Of a stretch of DNA of 64,000 nt, positions 19,777-29,213 are shown one piece after another. Under the pieces are notes generated by a model. That model was not told where the DNA came from and did no database searches. It was given only the letters and a program-made list of their open reading frames with translations. Source of the stretch: an uncultured Alphaproteobacteria bacterium. GTDB taxonomy: Bacteria > Pseudomonadota > Alphaproteobacteria > Rhizobiales > CAWCWK01. The stretch is taken from positions 1,665,356-1,729,355 of the forward strand of contig CAWJFE010000005.1 in NCBI GenBank assembly GCA_963842125.1, given 5' to 3'. A program made the translations under genes and the position numbers. Within the stretch, counting starts at the first letter, position 1. Each line of letters opens with the position of its first letter.

Positions 19777-20766
19777 TCAGGCTCCGGCTTGGCTGGCATC
19801 GCGCAGCACCGCAATCAGCGTGCGGCGGGTGAGCGGTATCTTGAAGTCGTTATGGCCATGGCCCTCGGCATCGGCGAGAAGCGCATCGGCCGCGCGCGCG
19901 AAAAGCGCGTCGGACGGCGCCTCACCCGTCAGCAGCATCTCCACGGCGTGTGGGCGCCATGGCTTCGGCGCAAGGCCGCCGAACGCGAGCGCGATGTGCG
20001 AGAACTTGCCGTTCTCCATCGTCGCAACCACCGCGATCGAGCACAGTGCAAACGCGTAGGAGGCACGGTCGCGCGCCTTTCTATAGGTCTGGAACGACCC
20101 GGAAACCGGCTTGGGCAGGAACACCGCCGTGATGAGATCGCCCGCGTCCAGCACCGTCTCGATATGCGGCGTGTCGCCTGGCAGAACGTGGAAGTCGGCG
20201 AGCGGCACCGTCCGGCGCGCACCGCCGACGCCCTCGATCTCGACGTCAGCCCCGAGTGCGAGCATGGCAACGGCCATGTCGGACGGGTGCGTCGCGATGC
20301 AATGCTCGGAGCCGCCCAGGATCGCGTGGATACGGTTCAGCCCTTCGAGGGCATCGCAGCCCGATCCCGGCTCGCGCTTGTTGCAGCGGGCGTTCGTGTC
20401 CTGAAAGTAGTAGCAACGGGTGCGCTGGAGGAGGTTGCCGCCGGTCGTCGCCTTGTTGCGAAGCTGGCCCGTGGCGCCGGAGAGCAGCGCGCGAGACAGA
20501 ACCGCGTAGTCGCGCCGGACGGTCTCGTCGGCCGCAAGGTCAGAGTTGGTGACGAGCGCGCCGATGCGAAGCCCGCCCTCATCGGTCGGCGTGATGGCGC
20601 GCAGGTCGAGCCGCGTCACGTCGACTAGGGTGGCGGGCGTCTCGACCTGAAGCTTCATGAGGTCGAGGAGGTTTGTACCGCCGGCGATGATGGCGGCGCC
20701 TGCGGTGGCGGCGTTGCGCGTCGCGTCGGCCGTGGCCTCGGCGCGGGCGTAGGTAAAGGGTCTCAT
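19777..20766 (-). CDS. xanthine dehydrogenase family FAD-binding subunit
   Basis: Start re-placed at ATG 20766 (MRPFTYARA..., 329 aa) in an ATGA overlap with the small-subunit stop. FAD-binding N-terminus AIIAGGTNLLDLMK. Confidence 0.85.
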   Translation of the reverse strand: MRPFTYARAEATADATRNAATAGAAIIAGGTNLLDLMKLQVETPATLVDVTRLDLRAITPTDEGGLRIGALVTNSDLAADETVRRDYAVLSRALLSGATGQLRNKATTGGNLLQRTRCYYFQDTNARCNKREPGSGCDALEGLNRIHAILGGSEHCIATHPSDMAVAMLALGADVEIEGVGGARRTVPLADFHVLPGDTPHIETVLDAGDLITAVFLPKPVSGSFQTYRKARDRASYAFALCSIAVVATMENGKFSHIALAFGGLAPKPWRPHAVEMLLTGEAPSDALFARAADALLADAEGHGHNDFKIPLTRRTLIAVLRDASQAGA

Positions 20767-21302
20767 CGGCCGGCTCCTTTCCCGGACGCGGCGACTTCGC
20801 CGATTGCCTCGACGATGCCGTGATAGGCAGAACACCGGCAGAGATTGCCGCTCATCCGCTCCGAGATCTCCGCGCGGTTCAGCGCCCCCTGCCCGTCGAG
20901 GCTCTCAGACACGTAGGACGGCCAGCCTTTCTCGGCCTCGTCCAGCATCCCGGTCGCGGAGACGACTTGGCCCGGTGTGCAGTAGCCGCACTGGTAGCCA
21001 TCATGCCGCACGAAGGCGTCCTGCAGCGGTGAGAGGGCACCCGGGCGCCCCAGCCCCTCGACCGTCGTGATCTCGTCGCCGTCATGCATGCAGGCCAGCG
21101 CGAGGCAGGCGTTGATCCGCCGGCCGTCCACGAGCACCGTGCAGGCGCCGCATTGGCCGTGGTCGCAGCCCTTCTTCGTACCCGTCAGATCGAGATGATG
21201 GCGTAGCGCGTCGAGCAGCGTCGTGCGCGGGTCGGCATCGACGACGTGTTGGCTTCCATTGACGGTCAGCGTGGTTCGAACGGTCGTGATATCGGCAGTC
21301 AT
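20763..21302 (-). CDS. (2Fe-2S)-binding small subunit of the XDH-family enzyme
   Basis: Start re-placed at ATG 21302 (MTADITTVRT..., 179 aa). Cys clusters CDHGQCGACTV and CGYCTPG...CRC. No twin-arginine signal. Confidence 0.9.
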   Translation of the reverse strand: MTADITTVRTTLTVNGSQHVVDADPRTTLLDALRHHLDLTGTKKGCDHGQCGACTVLVDGRRINACLALACMHDGDEITTVEGLGRPGALSPLQDAFVRHDGYQCGYCTPGQVVSATGMLDEAEKGWPSYVSESLDGQGALNRAEISERMSGNLCRCSAYHGIVEAIGEVAASGKGAGR

Positions 21303-21464
21303 GAGCTTTCCCGGTCGTCTTGCCGGACGGCTCCGGCAACCTTGAACCGCGATATGGCGCGCTCGCGAGACCCGTCTATGGGTAGGGCGCGAATTGAGGG
21401 AGGTTTTCTCTGGTGCGCTACGTCCTATAGATCGTCGGCCCCTCCCTTCGGACCGGACGCCGCC

Positions 21465-22166
21465 ATGACGAACCCCGATGAGCCCCGCCTCGCATTCGCC
21501 CCGCACCGCCGAGTTCTGCTCCCTCTGCGCGATGGCTCGGCGGCCGTGCCGGTGAATCGCATCTTCTGCGTCGGGCGCAACTACGCGGACCACGCCATCG
21601 AGATGGGGCACGACCCGGACCGGGAACTGCCGTTCTTCTTCATGAAGCCGCCTGGGGCCATCGTGATAGGAACCGAAGTTCCCTACCCGCCGGCGACGGC
21701 GGACCTCCATCACGAGGTCGAACTCGTCGCCATCCTCGGGACCGGAGGGACGGACATTCCCGCTGCGACGGCGCTCGATCACGTCTTCGGCTACGCGATC
21801 GGGCTCGATATGACCCGGCGCGACCGGCAGGGAGAGGCCAAGAAGGCCGGCCGGCCTTGGGAGGCCGGCAAGGCGTTCGAGGGATCGATGCCGTGCGCGC
21901 CCGTTCATCCGGCAACCGCGATCGGCCACCCGTCGAGCGGCCCCATCACGCTCGACATTGATGGCGAACGACGCCAGAGCGGCGATCTCGATCAGATGAT
22001 CTGGACGCTGCCGGAGGTCATCGCGAACCTCTCCACGCTCTTCGCGCTCCGGTCGGGCGATTGTATCATGACGGGCACGCCCGCCGGCGTCGGTCCCGTG
22101 CGCCGGGGCCAGACGATGGTCGCCGCCATCGCCGGCCTCGGCTCGCTCGAAGTGGAGATCGTCTAG
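21465..22166 (+). CDS. fumarylacetoacetate hydrolase (FAH) family protein
   Basis: Start re-placed at ATG 21465 (MTNPDEPR..., 233 aa). FAH-fold stretches VGRNYADHAIEMG, FFMKP, HEVELV. Confidence 0.85.
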   Translation: MTNPDEPRLAFAPHRRVLLPLRDGSAAVPVNRIFCVGRNYADHAIEMGHDPDRELPFFFMKPPGAIVIGTEVPYPPATADLHHEVELVAILGTGGTDIPAATALDHVFGYAIGLDMTRRDRQGEAKKAGRPWEAGKAFEGSMPCAPVHPATAIGHPSSGPITLDIDGERRQSGDLDQMIWTLPEVIANLSTLFALRSGDCIMTGTPAGVGPVRRGQTMVAAIAGLGSLEVEIV

Positions 22167-23038
22167 GCGTCGGCGCCAATCTTGTCCTGCGTCTTCGTCT
22201 CGAAGTCGCTGGCCTCGTGCCGCTCGTGGAGCTGCGTTTCTGGCTCTCCTTGCGCCCTGTTCACCATCCGTCCGCGCTTCACGGCCGGACGTGCGTCGAT
22301 GGTCTTCGCCCAGCGCGTGACGTTCTCGTAGGACGCTACGTCGAGGAATTCAGCCGCGCCGTAGAGACGGCCGAGGACGAGCTGTCCGTACCAGGCCCAC
22401 ACCGCGATATCGACGATCGTATAGTCGTCTCCAGACAGGTAGGCGTTGTCCGCCAGACGTTTGTCGAGCACGTCGAGCTGGCGCTTCGTCTCCATCGTGA
22501 AGCGGTCGATCGGGTATTCGAACTTGGCCGGCGCGTAGGCGTAGAAATGGCCGAAGCCACCGCCGAGATAGGGCGCACTGCCCATCTGCCAGAAGAGCCA
22601 GGAGAGGCACTCGGTCCGCGCGGCCGGCTCGCTCGGCAGGAAGGCGCCGAACCGCTCTGCGAGATAGAGCAGGATCGCGCCCGATTCGAAGACACGCTGC
22701 GGGGGCGTGGCGGAATGGTCCATCAACGCCGGGATCTTAGAGTTCGGATTGACGGCGACGAAGCCGCTCGAGAACTGATCGCCATCGCCGATCTTGATGA
22801 GCCAAGCATCGTACTCGGCGCCCGCATGACCGGCCGCGAGCAGCTCTTCCAGCAGCACCGTCACCTTCACGCCATTGGGTGTGGCGAGCGAATAGAGCTG
22901 GAAGGGGTGCCGGCCGACGGGCAGCTCCTTCTCGTGCGTCGCGCCCGCGATCGGTCGGTTGATGCTGGCGAACTCGCCGCCATTGCCCGGCTCCCAGGTC
23001 CAGACGGCGGGCGGGGTGTAGTCGGTCGAATCGGTCAT
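22163..23038 (-). CDS. yghU: glutathione-dependent disulfide-bond oxidoreductase (Nu-class GST)
   Basis: 291 aa, colinear near-full-length resemblance to E. coli YghU as I recall it (WTW...INRP..G.THEK.LPVG.HP.QLYSL.TPNG.KV, GDGDQFSSGF, NPNSKIPAL, HERH.ASDFET). Confidence 0.9.
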   Translation of the reverse strand: MTDSTDYTPPAVWTWEPGNGGEFASINRPIAGATHEKELPVGRHPFQLYSLATPNGVKVTVLLEELLAAGHAGAEYDAWLIKIGDGDQFSSGFVAVNPNSKIPALMDHSATPPQRVFESGAILLYLAERFGAFLPSEPAARTECLSWLFWQMGSAPYLGGGFGHFYAYAPAKFEYPIDRFTMETKRQLDVLDKRLADNAYLSGDDYTIVDIAVWAWYGQLVLGRLYGAAEFLDVASYENVTRWAKTIDARPAVKRGRMVNRAQGEPETQLHERHEASDFETKTQDKIGADA

Positions 23039-23167
23039 GGGCGTCCTCGCTGGTTCGCGTCGGGACTTAAGCCATCGCGCGCACTAAACCAGCACGCTGA
23101 GGATGTTCTCTCGCGTACGTGATCGATTGGATAGGCGATGGCATTTGCCTCGATCAGCCGGACCTGG

Positions 23168-24022
23168 TCACCGTAGGAGTTCGATGATCGTGGGGGGAAC
23201 GTCGCGCGCGATGGGCGAGAGCGGGGCGAAGGGGGTCGCCCAGGCCGGATCGCCCGTTCGCGCCGCCATCAGCGCCTTGAGATTCGGTACGACCGGTCCG
23301 TCGAGGACCCAGGAGACCAGAGCATCGATCCGCCGGTCGTCCAGGCCGCGCACGAGCCCGCTCACGAGTTCGGGTACCACGTTAATACAGCCCGAGATCG
23401 CACCACTCGCACCTTCTTGCACGGCCCGAGCGAGCAGGGGTTCCGCGCCGACGAGAATGGTGAGGTCGCGATGCTCGGCGAGGAGCGCCTTCGTGTGCGG
23501 CTCGTCTCCACTCGAATCCTTCACGCCGGCCACCAGCGCCGGGAATGCCTTTCGCAATCGGCCGACGAGGGCAACGGAAACCGGCGTCCCGGTGACGCCG
23601 GGGATGTGGTAGAGAAGCGTCGGCAGCGCCGCGTCCCCCGCAACCTCGAAGACTTTCGAGAACCAGGCGAAGAGGCCGTCCTCGCTCGCGTCCTTGAAGT
23701 AGAAGGGCGGTACGAGCAGAACACCTTTCGCACCGCCTTGTGCGGCCTCGACCATCTCGGCGGCCGCGTCGGCGGCGGCTGTGCCGTAAATACAGGGCAC
23801 GAGCGCTTCGGCCGGAACACCAGCGGCGACGAAACGTGCGAACACTTCGGCGCGCACGGCGCGGGGGATCGACGCGCCCTCCCCCGTCGTGCCGAAGGGC
23901 ACGAGCGTATCGCAGCCGGCGTCCAGCATCGCACGGGCATGGGTCGTGAAGCGGTCCCAATCGACGGCACCGTCCGGCGTCGAAGGTGTCGGCAGGGCTG
24001 CGCCGAACTGAACGAGGGGCAT
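23168..24022 (-). CDS. dihydrodipicolinate synthase/N-acetylneuraminate lyase family protein
   Basis: 284 aa with the FGTTGEG motif. Last gene of the second TRAP operon. Confidence 0.8.
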   Translation of the reverse strand: MPLVQFGAALPTPSTPDGAVDWDRFTTHARAMLDAGCDTLVPFGTTGEGASIPRAVRAEVFARFVAAGVPAEALVPCIYGTAAADAAAEMVEAAQGGAKGVLLVPPFYFKDASEDGLFAWFSKVFEVAGDAALPTLLYHIPGVTGTPVSVALVGRLRKAFPALVAGVKDSSGDEPHTKALLAEHRDLTILVGAEPLLARAVQEGASGAISGCINVVPELVSGLVRGLDDRRIDALVSWVLDGPVVPNLKALMAARTGDPAWATPFAPLSPIARDVPPTIIELLR

Positions 24023-24033
24023 CTGTCGATCCT

Positions 24034-25326
24034 TCAGGGATAGCCGAACTGGCGCGGAAGCCAGAGGACGAGGTCGGGCGCCATCACCATTACGCCGAGC
24101 GCGACGATGAGGACCGCGAGAAACGGCAGCACCTCACGGATGATGTCGCGCAGCGGTATGCCCGTCACGGCGTTGATGACGAAGAGGAGGATGCCATAGG
24201 GCGGCGTGATGAGCCCCAGCATCGTGTTGACGACGACGACGACGCCGAAGTGGACGAGATCGACTTCGAGCGCCCGCGCGGCCGGGATGAAGAGCGGTAC
24301 GATGACGAGGATGATCGTCGTCGCATCGAGCACGCAGCCGAGCAGCAGCAACAGCACCATGACCATGGCGAGAAAGCCGACGCGCCCGATGTCGAGCCCT
24401 TCGAGCGCGCCGGCGACGGCCGAGGGAATGTTCTCCGCCGCGACGACATAGTTGAGGATGAGCGCGGCACCGATGACGAGACCGACGGATGCGCTGGCGC
24501 GGGCCGAATCCGACATGATGCGATAGAGCGTGCGCCAGCTCAGCGCGCGGTAGAAGAAGGCCGCGAGAATGAGCGCGTAGGCCGCCGCTACGGCCGCCGC
24601 CTCAGTCGGCGTCGTCGCGCCGCCGTAGATGCCCCAGAGGAGGATGACCGGCATCAAGAGCGCCGGGAAAGCCCGTGCGGTCGTGCGTGGAAGTTCGCGT
24701 AGCGGCACGGCCTCCTCGGCCTCGAAGCCTCGGCGGTGGGCGAGGACGAGGTTCATCGCCATCAGCGCGCCCCCCATCAGCAGTCCGGGCAGAATACCGG
24801 CGAGGAAGAGGTAGCCGATGGAGGCGTCGGAGACGAGCGCGTACATCACCATCGGGATCGAGGGCGGAATGATGGGCCCGATGGTGGCGGATGCAGCGGT
24901 GAGCGCAGCGGCGAAGGCGGGTGTGTAGTGGCCGGACTTCACCATCATCTGGATGACTACGCGCCCAATGCCGGCAGCGTCCGCGATGGCGGAGCCCGAC
25001 ATGCCGGAGAAGATGAGCGATGCCACGACGTTCACATGCGCCAGCCCGCCCCGAAACCGACCGACCACGGCGACGCAGAAGGCGAGCATCCGATCCGAGA
25101 TCGTGCCGGCATTCATGATGTTGGCCGCGACGATGAAGAGCGGAACGGCAAGGAGAATGAAGCTGTCGTAGAGCCCCTGGATGATCTGCTCCGCAGCCAG
25201 CCCCATGTCTTGCCCGGCGGCGGCGAGATAGAGGGTCGCGCCGACGATCATCGCAAGCGCGATCGGCGCGCCCATGGCGGCGAGGCCGAAGAGGACGGCC
25301 AGCATTAGAAGGAAGGCGATGCTCAC
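24034..25326 (-). CDS. dctM: TRAP transporter large permease subunit
   Basis: Start re-placed at GTG 25326 (VSIAFLLMLAV..., 430 aa) in a GTGA overlap with the dctQ stop. Polytopic. Confidence 0.9.
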   Translation of the reverse strand: MSIAFLLMLAVLFGLAAMGAPIALAMIVGATLYLAAAGQDMGLAAEQIIQGLYDSFILLAVPLFIVAANIMNAGTISDRMLAFCVAVVGRFRGGLAHVNVVASLIFSGMSGSAIADAAGIGRVVIQMMVKSGHYTPAFAAALTAASATIGPIIPPSIPMVMYALVSDASIGYLFLAGILPGLLMGGALMAMNLVLAHRRGFEAEEAVPLRELPRTTARAFPALLMPVILLWGIYGGATTPTEAAAVAAAYALILAAFFYRALSWRTLYRIMSDSARASASVGLVIGAALILNYVVAAENIPSAVAGALEGLDIGRVGFLAMVMVLLLLLGCVLDATTIILVIVPLFIPAARALEVDLVHFGVVVVVNTMLGLITPPYGILLFVINAVTGIPLRDIIREVLPFLAVLIVALGVMVMAPDLVLWLPRQFGYP

Positions 25327-25832
25327 GAAGCGTCGGTCGCCGGGCGTGGGCCATCCAGCGCGTCGGGATCGGCGCCCTTTATCAGCCGAACCGCCCGCCA
25401 AGCGTAGCGCACGATGATGGCGACTGCGAAGATCATGTAGACGAAGAACAGTCGGTCGAGGCGGATATGGAGCGAGGACGACGACTCGATGCTCATGAAC
25501 GAGATATAGTCCCACACGCGCGGCAGCGAGACGGCGAAGACGCCCGCTATGGCTAGCGCCGAGAGCAGCGCGAAGACGCGCCGCACACGCGGGCCCGCGC
25601 TCGTATAGAGAATGTCGAAGCGTACGTGATCGCGCTCAGGCACGAGGAAGGCCGCGCCCCAGAACACGGTCCAGAGCCACGCGATGAGGCAGGCCTCGAG
25701 CGTCCAGGGCAGCGGATCGCGCACCACGTAGCGGAACACGATTTGCAGGATGAACGCGCCGAACATGCCCGTCAGCAGCAGCACGCCCACACCGTCCGCG
25801 ACGGCGTGGGCGATCTTGGCGATGCGCCGCAC
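25323..25832 (-). CDS. dctQ: TRAP transporter small permease subunit
   Basis: 169 aa with four hydrophobic segments, positioned between dctP and dctM. Confidence 0.85.
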   Translation of the reverse strand: MRRIAKIAHAVADGVGVLLLTGMFGAFILQIVFRYVVRDPLPWTLEACLIAWLWTVFWGAAFLVPERDHVRFDILYTSAGPRVRRVFALLSALAIAGVFAVSLPRVWDYISFMSIESSSSLHIRLDRLFFVYMIFAVAIIVRYAWRAVRLIKGADPDALDGPRPATDAS

Positions 25833-25852
25833 GGGGCGCGGTTGCGTAAGCG

Positions 25853-26857
25853 CTACTGGACGGCGTTCACGCGCTCGACCATGCCTTCCGGCCAGTCGGC
25901 GGCAAACTCGGATCCTTCATAGGCGGCCTGAACGGCGGTGCGAAAGGCATCGACGTCAGGCTCGTAGACCTTAAGGCCCTCGCCCTCGAAGAAGGCGACA
26001 AGCTCGGCCTCGTTGGCCTCGACATCGTTCGAGATCTTGAGGCATGCGTCATCGGCCGCCTGATCGACGATGGCCTGCTGATCGGCATCGAAGGCGTTGT
26101 AGGCGCTGAGTGAGATCGCGAGGAAGTTCATGTCTGCGAGGTGGCCGGTGAGGACGATCTGGTCGGTGACCTCGTTGAACTTCTTATCCTTGTTGGTGGG
26201 CAACGGGTTGTCCTGCCCGTCGATCGCACCGGTCTGCAGACCCGTGTAGACCTCGGTGAAGGCCATGGGCGTGGGCGAGGCGCCCAGCGCGCTGCCGAGG
26301 AACTGCCAGGCGTCGGTGCCGGGCATGCGCAGCTTGACGCCGGCCATATCCTCGGGCGTCATGATCTCCTTGTCGCCGCGTAGGTTGAGGTGACGCTTGC
26401 CGAAATACATTACGCAGAGGAGCTTCACGTCGAGCTTCTCCTCGACGAGCGCGTACATCTCCTCGCCGATCTCCGACTCGTCGAAGACCTTGCGCTGGTG
26501 ATCGGCGTCGCGCAGCAGGTAGCCGGCGGTGAAGACCGACCAGTCCGGAATGAGCTTGGCGAGCTCCTGCGCCGAGGTGATCGACATTTCGAGGTTTCCG
26601 CGCGCCTGTGCGACGAGCTCGGTGCCCTGCTTGAAGAGCGTTGCGTTGTAGCTCGGCTCGTAGGAGGCGAACTCCGAGACGGCGGGGGCGAACACTTCCT
26701 CAAGGCCGGCCGTGCGCAGGTCCGTCGCCGTCGCGGGCGTCGAGAAGCGCAACTGTACCTTGTCCTGCGCCACCGCATCGGTCGTGGCGAACTGCGTGGC
26801 GGCGAACATGGTCGCGCTCAGGCCGACGGCCAACAGGGTCTTCGTTATCGTCTTCAT
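25853..26857 (-). CDS. dctP: TRAP transporter substrate-binding protein
   Basis: 334 aa with signal peptide MKTITKTLLAVGLSATMFAATQFATTDAVA and a DctP-type body. Confidence 0.9.
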   Translation of the reverse strand: MKTITKTLLAVGLSATMFAATQFATTDAVAQDKVQLRFSTPATATDLRTAGLEEVFAPAVSEFASYEPSYNATLFKQGTELVAQARGNLEMSITSAQELAKLIPDWSVFTAGYLLRDADHQRKVFDESEIGEEMYALVEEKLDVKLLCVMYFGKRHLNLRGDKEIMTPEDMAGVKLRMPGTDAWQFLGSALGASPTPMAFTEVYTGLQTGAIDGQDNPLPTNKDKKFNEVTDQIVLTGHLADMNFLAISLSAYNAFDADQQAIVDQAADDACLKISNDVEANEAELVAFFEGEGLKVYEPDVDAFRTAVQAAYEGSEFAADWPEGMVERVNAVQ

Positions 26858-26985
26858 ATCGTTCTCTCCCGGATGCCGCTCTGACGGCGGCGCGACGCGC
26901 TTGCTGCGGCGTCTCTTGTGGACGTAGACGCTAGGGCGAATGGAAGAGCGGCGTCAATCGTGACGTTTGGCGAAGAGGACCCACA

Positions 26986-28047
26986 ATGCAACGAGCCGAG
27001 ACGCCGACGCACGAGCGCGGTCCCAGTCGGGCAATTCTCGTCGTCGGAGCCGGTGTCATCGGCCAGCGCCATGTCGAAGCCATCGAGCGGAGCGACGCGG
27101 CACATGTCTGCGCACTGGCCGACCCGTCGGAGGCGGCGGACGCGTTCGCCCGCGAGATGGGCTACGGATGCGTTTCTTCTCTTGCCGACGGCTTGGCCTT
27201 GCGGCCGGACGGCGTCGTGCTCGCCACACCCAATGCGGCTCACGAGGCCGGTGCACTGGCGTGTATCGCCGCCGGCGTACCGGTGCTGATCGAGAAACCG
27301 ATCTCGACGGATGTCGCCTCGGCACGGCGGATCGCGGCAGCGGTCTCGGCTGGCGGCGTTCCGGCCCTCGTCGGTCACCATAGGCGACACAATCCACTGG
27401 TGGCGGCGGCGAAAGCCCGGATTACGGCCGGTGACCTCGGCCGCATCGTTGCCGTCCACGCGCAGTGCTGGTTCCTCAAGCCGGACGACTATTTCGACGT
27501 CGCTTGGCGACGCGAGCCGGGTGCGGGACCGGTCCTGGTCAACCTCATCCACGACATCGACCTCTTGCAGCACCTCTGCGGCCCCATCGTCGGCGTGCGA
27601 GCCTACCAGTCCAACCACGCGCGGGGCTTCGCGAACGAGGACACCGCCGTCGCCGTCGTCCGCTTCGAGAGCGGCGCGCTCGGCACGCTTTCCGTCTCCG
27701 ACGCGGCGGTCTCGCCTTGGAGCTGGGAGATGACGGCCGGCGAGAACCCGGCCTATCCGCGAACCTCCGAGGGCTGCTACCGGATCGCCGGGACGAGGGG
27801 CGCCCTCGATCTGCCGAGCGGAGCGGTCTGGAGTCATCCCGAGGAGGCGTCCTGGATGGCGCCCATTACCCGCACCATCGCGCCGACACCCCGGGGCGAC
27901 CCGCTCGTTCGCCAGATCGAGCACTTCGCGGCCTTGATTGCCGGCGAGGGGGAACCGCTCGTTTCGGTCGAGGACGGTCTGCGCGCACTGGCCGTCGTGG
28001 AGGCCATGGCGAGGGCCGCAGCGAGCGACACTGAAGTCACACTCTGA
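26986..28047 (+). CDS. Gfo/Idh/MocA family oxidoreductase
   Basis: 353 aa with Rossmann motif ILVVGAGVIGQRH and the EKP motif (LIEKPIS). AAGAGGA upstream of the ATG. Divergent from the TRAP operon. Confidence 0.85.
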   Translation: MQRAETPTHERGPSRAILVVGAGVIGQRHVEAIERSDAAHVCALADPSEAADAFAREMGYGCVSSLADGLALRPDGVVLATPNAAHEAGALACIAAGVPVLIEKPISTDVASARRIAAAVSAGGVPALVGHHRRHNPLVAAAKARITAGDLGRIVAVHAQCWFLKPDDYFDVAWRREPGAGPVLVNLIHDIDLLQHLCGPIVGVRAYQSNHARGFANEDTAVAVVRFESGALGTLSVSDAAVSPWSWEMTAGENPAYPRTSEGCYRIAGTRGALDLPSGAVWSHPEEASWMAPITRTIAPTPRGDPLVRQIEHFAALIAGEGEPLVSVEDGLRALAVVEAMARAAASDTEVTL

Positions 28048-28136
28048 TCGTCCTACCTGTGGAACACTCGGCTGCAGGCTTCAACTCTGCGTGTAGACCC
28101 TTGAGCGCGGTGGCGAACGGCAGCTAGGCGTATGAG

Positions 28137-28472
28137 GTGAAAGTCCTTCTGGCCATCCTTCTCGCGGCGCTCGTGCTGATCGTGCCCGATGCGCTCGTTC
28201 CGATGAACGGGCCGACGATGGCGCACGCCGTCTTCGACGCCGCTTCCGCCGGAGACGGGGCGATGATGGCTGGCGAGGTCTGGCTGCCGGCTCATTGCTG
28301 TGGCGATCTCCCACGGTCCAGCGCGCCGCTCTGTAAGCCCGACGTCACGCTCCAGATCGCGATGCCATCCGCACAACAGGCGGGGAGTACGCGCACAAGA
28401 TGGCACATCGTATCGCGGCTCGCCGTAGCCTACGGTATCGGGGTTCCTCAAGCGCCGCCCAAACCCGTCTAG
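28137..28472 (+). CDS. hypothetical small exported protein (Cys-containing)
   Basis: 111-aa ORF with a GTG start and a hydrophobic N-terminus, MKVLLAILLAALVLIVP. No family recognised and the ribosome-binding site is weak. Confidence 0.3.
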   Translation: MKVLLAILLAALVLIVPDALVPMNGPTMAHAVFDAASAGDGAMMAGEVWLPAHCCGDLPRSSAPLCKPDVTLQIAMPSAQQAGSTRTRWHIVSRLAVAYGIGVPQAPPKPV

Positions 28473-28519
28473 CTCGCAGCCCGTGACGACCCTCTGACCA
28501 AGACGATGGACTTTTCAAC

Positions 28520-29206
28520 ATGCTAACCAGACGCAGTTTCGCTGGTGGCGGCGTCCTCCTTGCAGCGACGGCTCTCGCCGGCTGCACGACGACGACTCCG
28601 CCTAACGTCCAGCTCGAAGCCGCGCCGCGAACGGTGCCGGCCATTTACGGTCCGATACCGGACGAGCGCTTTCCCATCCCCGGGCTATCGCCAAGCCAGG
28701 TGCCCGACCCGCAGTTCTGGCGCCAGAGGGTCAGCGATCCGACGGGCGAGGCGCCGGGCACGGTCGTCGTCGATCCGGAGGCGAAGTTCCTCTACCTTGT
28801 CGAGCCGGGCGGCACGGCGATGCGCTATGGCGTCGGCGTCGGCCGGGCCGGCTTCGAGTGGGCCGGCAACGCCACCATCGCCTTCAAGCGCAAATGGCCG
28901 ACCTGGACGCCCCCGGCCGAGATGATCGCGCGCGATCCGACGCTGGAGAAATACTCGGCGGCCAATGGCGGCCAGCAGCCCGGGCTCGACAACGCGCTCG
29001 GCGCCCGCGCGCTCTATCTCTTCGACAACGGCGTCGACACGCTTTACCGGCTGCACGGAACGAACGTCCCGACCTCCATCGGCAAGGCGCTCTCGTCGGG
29101 CTGCATCCGGCTCATCAACCAGGACGTGATCGACCTCTACGAGCGCGTCGAGAATGGCGCGCGCGTCGTGGTTCGCCAGTCGCGCATGCCGGACGTACTG
29201 GCCTGA
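28520..29206 (+). CDS. L,D-transpeptidase (YkuD domain), predicted Tat-exported lipoprotein
   Basis: 228 aa with a TRRSF twin-arginine-like motif plus lipobox LAGC. YkuD catalytic region HGT...SSGCIRL. Confidence 0.85.
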   Translation: MLTRRSFAGGGVLLAATALAGCTTTTPPNVQLEAAPRTVPAIYGPIPDERFPIPGLSPSQVPDPQFWRQRVSDPTGEAPGTVVVDPEAKFLYLVEPGGTAMRYGVGVGRAGFEWAGNATIAFKRKWPTWTPPAEMIARDPTLEKYSAANGGQQPGLDNALGARALYLFDNGVDTLYRLHGTNVPTSIGKALSSGCIRLINQDVIDLYERVENGARVVVRQSRMPDVLA

Positions 29207-29213
29207 CGCTGTT

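Noticed and set aside
26854-27924. 356-aa minus-strand ORF antisense to the Gfo/Idh/MocA gene
   Set aside because: The plus-strand frame has the Rossmann and EKP motifs plus a good ribosome-binding site. The antisense frame has no features.
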